Part shown: positions 37,511 to 48,830 of the stretch, in pieces
Numbering within the stretch: position 1 is the stretch's first letter
How the letters are laid out: each line of letters starts with the position of its first letter
Source of the DNA: Octopus sinensis
Lineage: Eukaryota
Assembly: GCF_006345805.1 (NCBI RefSeq)
Contig: NC_043005.1
Span: 39,308,001 to 39,372,000 of the forward strand
DNA length: 64,000 nt
Reading direction: 5' to 3'
Notes under the pieces: generated by a model
Database searches by the model: none
The model's input: the letters and a program-made list of their open reading frames with translations, nothing else
What the model was told of the DNA's origin: nothing
Translations under genes and position numbers: made by a program

Positions 37511-37729
37511 TAATCTTCTTGACAAAACAGCCATGTCTGTTCTAGTTAGTATCTTTTTATTGTAATTCTATTTTTATTTTTATTTATATTATATATCGTA
37601 CAATAATTCTAAAGTTTGGCAGTTTTAATTAAATATCAATGCAGCCTATTATATACAGTTATAATTAGCTCTGTAAGTTGATCTATGTGAATTCGATTAT
37701 CTCTGAATTGTGCATATACATCAAAGTCT

Positions 37730-37885
37730 ATATTCTTTTCTACTATAGGCAAAAGGCCCGACATTTTGGGGGAGGGGGCCAGTCGATTACATCGACCCCA
37801 ATGTGCAACTGGTACTTAATTTCTCGACCCCGAAAGGATGAAAGGCAAAGTCTAAATCGGTGGAATTTTAACTCAGAAAGTAATG
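37730..37885 (-). mobile_element. SINE family B
   Basis: ctataggcaaaaggccc...gtcgattacatcgaccccaatg...gaaaggatgaaaggcaaagtc. Confidence 0.8.
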
Positions 37886-38358
37886 ACAGATGAATCGAAG
37901 TCTATATTCTATTACCCATATATGTTCCTGTATTTAGATATAGCTGTGTGGTTGTAGAAAAGTCTATTATATATCTATATATATATAATTGTGTATGTGC
38001 ATGTTTGTATGTGTGTCTGTATGTCTGTGTGTGTCTCTATGTGTCCTGTGATGGAATCTCCAGTCGATGATGACGTATAAGTGTTCAGTTCTTCGTGAAT
38101 AACCTACACAAATTCTTTGCTTTTGGTGACCAAATGTATATGCTCTACATTATTAGCTTATTCCCTCCATCAAATCGACGTTATCGGAAAAGATGCACGG
38201 TGTACCATACATTAGGTGGTGAAGTGATCCCAGAGCAATGTCAGATGAAGTATTTTGCTTCAGAACACAATGCACCACCCAGTCCAGGAATTGATAGCAT
38301 GAGCTCAAGATCGTGAGTGTAACACCCTAAGTACAAGGTCATGCGCGCGCGCGACACG

Positions 38359-38392
<34 letters not shown>

Positions 38393-38619
38393 AGAGAGAG
38401 AGAGAGAGAATATATATATTTATATATATATATACAGAGGGAGAGAGATATACATACACAGATGTATATGCGTATACTTCTATGTATATAGGTATGTGTG
38501 TATATGGATATACATAATAATGTGTGTAGATGTCAGTATATATATTGTAAGTGGATATGTATGTATATATATTTATATATATATATACATATTAATATGA
38601 ATATATATATGAATGTATG

Positions 38620-38666
<47 letters not shown>

Positions 38667-39529
38667 ATGTTAGAATGTATGTATATGCGTGTGAGAACAA
38701 ATAGACAGACAGACAGACAGACAGATAGACAGATGAGCAGAAAAATAAATAGATAGATGGTATGGGAGGGATAGGATATGGCAGGATAGGATAGGATATG
38801 GTAGGATGGGATACGATAAGCCAGGATAGGAGCTGCGTGAAGAGCCTCACATACAATAATCACTAAATAGTGAATTGGGGAATAGCTTATATGCGCAAGC
38901 TGTGAACAGTAATCTAAAAATGGAGAATGCATAATAGTTTTGCGTTTTTAATTTTCTAGCGGGATAGCACTGATGGTTATATTTTTTAATTCGTGCCAAT
39001 ATTACCCGATTTCGGGAAGAACGAAACTGATGCTTACAACAATAACAGTGAAAACGATTTCGCTCTCATACGATCACTTAATTGATCTCAAAATGTGTTT
39101 TATGGCATAATAATAAACAGAGCTTCTCACTCACTCTACCGCTATTAGATGGGAGATAATTATTTTTTCATAATATCTAGCGAGTTTAGAAATTTGAATT
39201 TGAAATTAATGAATAAAGAAAAAGTTGAATTGAATACACATATTTAATGGTTTGTTTACTTCTTACGAATTTTTGAAATTTGTCAATAGTAATCATATAT
39301 GTATATATATATATTTATATATATATATATATCACTATTTCATTCCTTTTAGAAGTCATCAGTATGTTTTAACCTGAGATTTATATATATATCCCGCATT
39401 TTATGGAATGAGATATATGTCATGAATCGAAAATAATTAGAGTCTGGCAGTTTCATTTTTATAGCGTTAAGTAATCTAGCAGTCAAGAGAAATGAGAAAG
39501 TTTTTTGATGTTAGACAGGCATGCTGATA

Positions 39530-39710
39530 AATGGTTTTTTGAGACATCTCAACCGCTAACTATGAATGCTGAATCGTTCGACGTGTAGAAAACAACCAAA
39601 TCTCATTAAATTACATGGTTGTTTTTTTACAGAGAAGACAGATATTGTGCTTTTATATATATCTCTAAATAAACGGAATAGTCCCTGATGAAATACCTTT
39701 ATCAAAATAT
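39530..39710 (+). mobile_element. SINE family D fragment
   Basis: agaaaacaaccaaatctc motif, related to agaaataacagccaaatct (~49637) and agaaatagcagccaaat (~52199). Confidence 0.5.
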
Positions 39711-40204
39711 TGCTGGATGATCATTCATTTGGGGGTGCGAAACAACTTCATCAACTACAATTATACATCAGCTATATCCGCATGTACATGGATACACTGA
39801 GGCCCCGTCATCTGCACAATAAACGTTTTATTATGCTATATAGCTTTATAGACAGACATCAGTGACTAAAGAAAACTTTTATTGAATATTGTGTACACAC
39901 ATGAGAAATTACATTATATATAGCATCAGATATCAAATAGCTATATGTACTGATCGATTATTCGTAAGGCACGTGACATTTATGATTGTGTATTTAGATT
40001 TAATGACTTCAGACATAGACGAAATGTGGATTGCGACGATGATATATCGTTTGCTAATGTAAGTGACTGCATCATCTGGAAATTGCGTATGACTTCCATT
40101 GACACAATATTTCGACATTTGTCAACATGACCTTTATGATTCTCGCTAAGGATGCAGAACTTGCATCTATTTTACAGAGATATGATAAATTAAACAAGTG
40201 GTAA

Positions 40205-40206
<2 letters not shown>

Positions 40207-40302
<96 letters not shown>

Positions 40303-40322
40303 ATATGTATATATATATATAT
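40207..40322. repeat. (TA)n microsatellite
   Basis: Direct reading. Confidence 0.97.
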
Positions 40323-40325
40323 AAT

Positions 40326-40463
40326 AAAGAATGGAGTTGAACGACGAATTAACAAAATTCCTTTATTTTATTTTCGACATATGTTTCGAAGGCTGCATAT
40401 TGAAACATATGTCGAAAATAGAATAAAGGAATTTTGTTAATTCGTCGTTCAACTCCATTCTTT
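40326..40463. repeat. Inverted repeat, 62 bp arms (1 mismatch), 14 bp spacer
   Basis: 40326-40387 vs 40402-40463. Confidence 0.95.
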
Positions 40464-40805
40464 CATTTATTTATATTTAAAAAAAACACACACATTTCCA
40501 CACGATAGCACATGATCTCTGCCCTAGGCATGTAGCTTCAACCGTGTTTTTCTGACGTGAATTTGCTACCCAGGTATCGGTTAACCGAATTATCCATAAT
40601 AAGATAATTCATTCAACTACTCAATATATATATATATATATACACACACATACATACATACAAACATACATACATACATACATACATACATACATACATA
40701 CATACATACATGCATACATACATATTTTTCTCTCCTTTTTTTCTTTCCTTGTTTTTTTTGTGTCCCTTTCTGTAGAAGAGCGTCGGCTCGAAACGTAAAA
40801 GACTT

Positions 40806-41204
40806 TTTTCTATTCCTGAGCGTTATACTAATACATCTGTTTGTTTTGTACACTACTTGTCTTCGTCTTTTGTTTTTTCGTAAACTCTCCCTATACATAC
40901 ATACATACATACATACATACATACATACATACATACATACATACATACATGCATACATACATATGGATACACGCATACACACACGCTCATGTAAATTAAT
41001 GAGTTGCATATTCGCAGTTAATATGTCGTGGTAGATAAACGCGGTGAGCTGACGGAATCATTACCACATCGGACATAATGCTCAGGGTCATCTCTTCTAA
41101 TTTTCTATTCCTGAGCGTTATACTAATACATCTGTTTGTTTTGTACACTACTTGTCTTCGTCTTTTGTTTTTTCGTAAACTCTCCCTATACATACATACA
41201 TACA

Positions 41205-41235
<31 letters not shown>

Positions 41236-41371
41236 GGATACACGCATACACACACACTCATGTAAATTAATGAGTTGCATATTCGCAGTTAATATGTCGT
41301 GGTAGATAAACGCGGTGAGCTGACGGAATCATTACCACATCGGACATAATGCTCAGGGTCATCTCTTCTAA
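40806..41371 (+). repeat. Direct tandem duplication (295 bp + 271 bp)
   Basis: Units 40806-41100 and 41101-41371 differ by (ATAC)n length and about two substitutions. Confidence 0.93.
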
Positions 41372-41996
41372 TTATGAGTTGTGAGTTCAAATGTCACCGG
41401 GGTTTACTTTCCCTTTCATTCGTTTCGAGTTCGATAAGATAAGTACCAGTTGATCACTGGTGTTGGTGTAATCGACTTATAACCTCTCCCGAAATTGCTG
41501 GTCTTATGCCAAAATTTGAAACCAATATGTTCCGGCAGATTAGAAAGTGGATATGCTAAACGCAATTGTGTTTCAACATAGGCGAACAGCTTCTCCTTTC
41601 AGACACTTGTGTGCTCACAATACACTTGATTCATTTGAGCAAGGGGCCTTTGGGACATCTGGTGTTTCGGCATCGTTCCACCTCGTCAGTCAAAGTCATC
41701 CAAGTCAAATTAATTGGAGAATCTTTTGTGGTTCTTGTTTTATAATTTCAACGAATATAACTGTTTGCTGATCTGTACTGATAACTACCAATCGAAAATA
41801 AATATTTACACGCATGGTAAACAATAAGAACGAAAAAAATGACATGTATATTCAGGCTTAATTCCTTCCAGTATATTTGAATAATAATATGTCAATCGCT
41901 GTTTTGCCTCGTCAAACGAGAAATTTTGATGTTCACCGTATACATGACGATATATTATATAACAACAATAACAGCAACAACAACAAAATAGATTAA

Positions 41997-42452
41997 GCAT
42001 TGCCCTTTCACACAACCATTTATGTGAATTCTAATTATTACTTATGTCTGGCAATATCCTGTTCTTCAAATGAGCTGGGGAATTCACCTTGATAGCAATA
42101 TGAGCCAAACAGATATCACCGTTCCCATCAGTTGGTACTTTCCCATTTCCTAATTGGAGGAAGCAGGTTGAAAACTGTTTTGCACATTGGTCCCCATGAT
42201 AAAGTAGCATTGGCACAGCACTTCTGCTGAACCTGAATCTTTGCTTATCTTACAACTTAGACTGTCACTTGCGACCAGGTTTAACAGTAATTTAAAAGCA
42301 GAATGAGCTGTTCGACCCCCTGTAAGAATGGTGGCAGCAAAGCCAGTCATCGGTACAGAAACTGCATTTTTTTTTGTTATTGCCTTACTTTGAAGATAAG
42401 TAGAGTTACAAATTTTTTTACGTGTGTCGCCAGGAGCATTAAGAAGGAAATT
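41997..42452 (-). mobile_element. Helitron PIF1-like helicase fragment with an internal deletion
   Basis: FLLNAPGDTRKK (Walker A, FFLDAPGGTGKT), TGFAATILTGGRTAHSAFKL...SCKISKDSGSAEVL, then a jump to FLQLGNGKVPTD...PDISNN...KWLCERAML. Confidence 0.85.
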
Positions 42453-42454
42453 TC

Positions 42455-42763
42455 TTTCCGAGCTGAGATACCGTCGTAATCACCAATAGACTCATCCAAC
42501 TCTTTCCAAATCCTCGACAATGTCCTCAGATTGACACTCAAACACTCTGAAATGTTCATTTTGGAGCTTCCGGCGCGAAGGCCAAGCAGTACATCATGTC
42601 GTTTCCAAATATCCGGCAGAGTGAATTGCATCATGGTGCTGTTTTTCTCGCAGACGGTGCCCATCTGACCGTACTATACTGTGTAGTCGACAAAATCAAA
42701 AACGAACAATGCGCAAGCGCAAAATTAAAAATATGAATTGGCAACAAATTAGCAATCGCAGCC

Positions 42764-42768
<5 letters not shown>
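42455..42768 (-). mobile_element. Tc1/mariner 5' fragment (TIR-like end plus N-terminal HTH)
   Basis: MMQFTLPDIWKRHDVLLGLRAGSS...ISECLSVNLRTLSRIWKELDES, an HTH-like N-terminus; the TIR-like end abuts (TA)n at ~42768. Confidence 0.6.
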
Positions 42769-42800
<32 letters not shown>

Positions 42801-43753
42801 GCGCGCAATAGGTATGTGTGTGTGTGTGTGTGTGTGTGTGTCTGTGTCTGTGTGTGTGTCCTTGTGTGTATACAGCTGATGTAGAACTAATAGTATTTAA
42901 GCATTTTACTATGACTGACAGCGACCTTTTAATCAAGTTTGCTTTCGGTGAGAAGCGAAACCCTATTCTGACTCAACTCACGAAGAACTTACCGCCTGAC
43001 CAAGTTGATCACCATAAATAGAACAAATTATGAAAGAGAAATAAAGCTTCAAAAGCGCTCAAAATAAACATCAGAAAAACTAATTATAATCATGTGCAAC
43101 AGCCTATCCAGCCCTGCCTGTCATCATCAACAACGCTAATGATATCAATAATACCAAAAGTAACAATAAAAGCTAAACAACCAACAAGTTTAACATGAAA
43201 GCCATGTCTAAAGTAGTTATGAAATAAGAGGCAGCACCAATAATTAAAGTATAATAATCATTATTTTCCGAAAAGAGACGAATTTTTCAGATCTCTTTCT
43301 TCTAAAGCAGCTGAAAGTAGTGGGTGATGGAGTAAAGATAGGAAGTGAAAATAATGACTGGCGCTGAGCCATCTGTTTTGTGCGGTCGGTGAGGTTTGAA
43401 AATAATTATTTCAGCTCCTGGTGAAAAAAAAAAAAAATACTGAGTAACTATAATAGTGAGATGGCTTTTATTATAACTTGATACAGATTAGTAACTCACC
43501 TTAGTTAATTCAGTATAATGAAAACAGAGAGTATTATCAAAGAGTGATGAACATATTCGTACAGCCACTTGACAGTTGCATACATAATGATATTATTTAA
43601 TATTTAAAAAATCCCACACCCCGTCATTTACATTCCAAGCCGCCTGCGCAGTATCATACTGAAATATATCAGTATTAACAAAGCATTTCTGATATGAAGA
43701 GACTGAACACAAAAGAGAGGGTGGCTTCCAATATATGCGTATATATTTATGTG

Positions 43754-43807
<54 letters not shown>

Positions 43808-44019
43808 CATGCATACATAAATGTTCACTCACACAGAGTTGTTAGAACTTCAGGTAATTTCCTTTCCAGTAATATGTGTAGCTCTTTGTGCTCTCTACAT
43901 CGAAATCAACTTTGCATTTTTTTACTAACTCCGGGTTTGATAAATTATGTACTTGTATTAACTTTCCTCTTGTCTACCTTTCACTCAGTTTGTCTGTATT
44001 TCTACTTCTGGAATAATCG

Positions 44020-44390
<371 letters not shown>

Positions 44391-45559
44391 CTATACTAGT
44401 CTATATAGTACTATATTATAAATATATATGTACAAGAATTTTTAAGGAAGCAAATTTGACAGGATCTTTCGCATGCTGGACAAAATGCTTTGCGACATTT
44501 CTTTCAGTTCTTTACATTCTGAAATCAAGCCCACCGGGGTCAACTTCGCCTTTAATCCCTGTGGGGTCGATGAAATAAAGTAGAAGTCAAATACTGGGTG
44601 CAATGCTCAACGAACTTTTCGCCACAAATATGCTGGTCTTAAAAACTACAACAGCGTACCGTTCAAGTGACCACGATCACCATATTCCTTTGAAATTGGG
44701 ATATGAATTCCTCCGATCTTATCCCAGTTATTTAGTGTATTTTCTTGTTATTACAAGAAAGAAGAATTTGCAACGGATGGGATTTGTCGGTCCTTTGATA
44801 TTTTTATTATCTATATTCGCCCTGTAATTCCTCGATGGCTCACAGAGATGTTTATCGGCGAGTAGAGTACAGTTATTTGCATGATGTATTTTATACTGTA
44901 GCATCAGTCCAAAGTCTTGAAGTGGACAGAGTATGCTAGGTTATTTGGTCCCTTTATATTTGGAGGGGTAGATAAGGTTGTTTACGTCTGTATATGTGTA
45001 TATACATGCATATATATGTACATGCGCATACACGAATATGTAAGTAAATAGATAGAGATATCGGCGCAGGCGTGTCTGTGTGGTAATAAAATTGCTTCCC
45101 AACCACGTGGCTCTGGATTCACACCCACTACATGACACCTTGAGCAGGAATCTACTACTATATCCTCGGGTCGACATTACACATAATCGTTTTACTCAGG
45201 GACTAGTAGACCTGACACCGTTCATTAATCGGTGTGCATTCAAAGCAATGGTTAATAAATTCACGAAACCGATATGCTTTTGAATCTCTTTAACAATTCA
45301 CAATAATGACTTTTATTACTTTTATTCCTACCTCACTTCATCTAAATGTATATATCAATCGTTACTTTTCATACTTATTTTTCTTCTTACTTTCCCCTTA
45401 CATTTCCACGTGTAGTTTCTATTTTCTTTTTGTAACATATTTCTATTATATATATATATATTATTATTGTCAAACTGTGCATGTGTGCTTATAGTCGGTA
45501 CTATTGTCGTCATGTGATAGAAGTTTGAAGCTGATCTCGCCGTTTTTCTTCTTGACTTT

Positions 45560-46050
45560 ACAGTGTAAGCATGGCCACTCCACTAGTAATGTACCCCAAG
45601 CAAGAACCAAGAGCAGTGATCTGATTTCTCTGGAAGATACATTACTTTGGTGGACAAGAAACCGAAGCTAGCAATTCGGACCAAACATCGAAGCCATTTT
45701 TGTTGTTGTATGACCATGCATGCACACACACACAACCACCCAGACCGTTGAAACAATTAACCAATTGGGTTTTGAGATGCTGGGACACCCTCCCTACAGC
45801 CCAGATCTCGCCCCTTTCGACTATCATATATTTGGACCGCTCAAAGATTTCCTAAGGATGAAAACGTGAAGTAAGCACGATCAACCGATAACCTTCTTCT
45901 TGGAGGTTAATTCTCAAGCTTAAGGAACATTCGACCAAGTGCATCAAAAAGGAAGCGGACTATATAGTAAAATAACGTATTTATCCTCAGATTTTGTGTA
46001 AATACATTGGAAAAGAAGAGTGCGAGTAATTTTTTGCTCGCCTTTGTGGA
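45560..46050 (+). mobile_element. Internally deleted mariner derivative
   Basis: MATPLVMYPKQEPRAVI*FLW (N-terminus), KLAIRTK...LLLYDHA, LGFEMLGHPPYSPDLAPFDYHIFGPLK; TIR-like end at ~46020-46050. Confidence 0.8.
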
Positions 46051-46319
46051 CATATAAGAGCTTTCTCCTTCAGTCTTCCAAATTCTACTACCCACCCCAA
46101 AAACATTAGCTTATTCCATTTTTATGACGGAAGGCACCTGCTCAATGTTCAGTATATTGTATGACAAAGGGGGCATATATTATTGCCATAAAAAAAAGCA
46201 TAAGTACGCGGTGGAGCATGCACCCAGAACGCTCTCCCAAGCTTCTGAGTAATAGCGTTCAGAACATTTGACCAATTGACCGATTATTTACATAGTTCCC
46301 AATGTTAATATTTCCTGTG

Positions 46320-46369
46320 CCACCACCACCATCACCACCACAACAACAACCACCCACCACCACCACCAT

Positions 46370-46427
<58 letters not shown>

Positions 46428-46526
46428 ACTACTACTACTACTACTACCAATTGTTAGTATTACTAGTGTTTTTGCTGCTTCCACTATTATTATCAATAGC
46501 TATACTACTACTACTACAAGTAGTAT

Positions 46527-46574
<48 letters not shown>

Positions 46575-46695
46575 CAGCAGTAGTAGTAGAAATAATAGTA
46601 ATATTCGTGTATGTGCATGTACATTTATACGCATGGATATACACATATACAGACATAAACAATCTTATCTACCCCTCACATATAAAGGGACCAAA

Positions 46696-46737
<42 letters not shown>

Positions 46738-46997
46738 CAGCAGCAGCAGCAGCAACGACTGGCAATACCAATAATATTAGCTGCAGCACCAATGATATTA
46801 GCAGTGATGTTCCTAAAATTCCGCCTTGCGTTACTACAAGTTAAAGAACGAAAGCCAAAACACTTTAATACGGAATTAAAGAAAATCTTATCAGTGTCAG
46901 CTTTAAGTGATTGAGGAACAGAAGAATGATATTCCAGAGACATAATGATAATAATAATAATAACAATAATAATAACAACAACAACAAAAACAACAAC

Positions 46998-47034
<37 letters not shown>

Positions 47035-47065
47035 TAATAATATAATAATAATAATAATAATAATA
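46320..47065. repeat. Trinucleotide arrays (CAC/CAA/CTA/CTG, TAG/CAG, AAT/AAC)
   Basis: Direct reading. Confidence 0.95.
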
Positions 47066-47539
47066 GCACGCTAATGCACAGTATGCGATTTGTAGTTAGC
47101 TAAGAGGAAAGCAAAAGAAGTTGCTGATTGAATTAAGGGCAAATGAAGAGTGTCCTGAAAGTTTGGCCGGTTCAGCAGATAAGGAGTATTTCCCGCTAGC
47201 GGTCATCTGATTTGGTCGGAGGTGGATGAGTAGCGAACGGCAAGATATCTCTTATAATTGGTTGCAACAGTTAGGCAAAATAAAAGGAAGACGAAAAGGA
47301 AAATGAAATCCGTTCGTGAGACAAAATGGCGTCCATTCAGAAGTTGTAAGAGAGAGATAAATGGAGACATTTTTACGTAAATTCGTATGCGTATGTGTGT
47401 GTTTGTGTGTGTGTGTGTGTGAGTGAGTGTATGTGGGCTCCAATGAATGTATGTGTGTGTATGTGTGTGCATGTGCATGTGAGAGAGAGAAAGTGTTTAC
47501 TCATATAGGTAAGAATGTAGTACTAATACTCGAAACTAC

Positions 47540-48349
47540 ATTTCATCGATTATACAGACTGTTTATTACATACACACATACACACAGTGACACACACACA
47601 TACAGATATATATGCATGCTTGCATATATATATATATACATACTTACACATATATCTATGCATAGAAATATGTAGCCACATAAATATATATACATATATA
47701 GATATATATATATAGCAGCATAAGTATATATATATACACACATACATAGTTATGTGTATATATAGATATGTGTGTGCGTGCACGCGTGAATAATATAAAT
47801 CTGTATATAAGTATACGTATATAATATGCATACACACACACACACACTCACACATATCTCGACACACTCACTTACATAGGTCTCCAAGTCTCCCTCAACA
47901 TACACACATATGTATGCAGAGGCGGTCTGTACATAAATATATGTATACATTTATCTCTCTCTATATATATATGCGTGCCTTCTTGCTTATATTATATACG
48001 TATTTGTGTTTGTCCATATACGCGCATTCATTAATTTCATTTGTCCGCTTTTAGAATTAGACATTGATCATTGGGAATATCAATGCTGAAGCGTCCCTTT
48101 GTTGTTCAGTTAAGAAAGTTAATATTTGGTTTGATAGTTTGATATGTTCCCAATAATCCGTCCTTTTCAAGTGTGAAATATCCTAATATTCTTCGATTTA
48201 TGATAGAGTCTTCAATGACGCATATACATATTTATGTAATACATAAACACAAACATGAACGGAAAAACGTATGCATACAATCACGCGCACGCACACACAT
48301 AAACACACTTACATAAACAGACACATAATGTTTACATATATATATATAC

Positions 48350-48400
<51 letters not shown>

Positions 48401-48592
48401 CATACGTACATGCATACATACACACATGTATATAACTATACATATATAGGAGTATACGTGTGTATATGCATGTACTTTATATATATATACATTTATATGT
48501 GCATAGTATACACATACACGCGTATACACAACGTATGTTATACGTATAAATATATATATATATACATATATCTATATCTATATATATATATG

Positions 48593-48637
<45 letters not shown>

Positions 48638-48830
48638 TAGATGTGTGTGTGTCTGTATATATATATATATATACATACATGGGTATATACACACATCTAT
48701 ACATAAACATACAACGTAGATACACATATGTATACATAGACATAGATATATGTGTGAGTGTGTGCGTGCAAGTGTACGTATATGTGTGTATGTGTGTATG
48801 TGTGTGTACATAATTATACAAATGCGTGTG
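47540..48830. repeat. Extended purine-pyrimidine low-complexity block (TA/CA/TG)
   Basis: Direct reading. Confidence 0.9.

Noticed and set aside
39685-39750. CTGATGA...CGAAAC as a hammerhead
   Set aside because: No stem II closing pair, no stem III or GUH triplet, no stem I; lies at the end of a SINE D fragment.
47320-47350. YY1-like AAAATGGCG with ATG and a nearby GTAAGA donor as a first exon
   Set aside because: Could not be joined to downstream candidates without an early stop; a single motif is insufficient.
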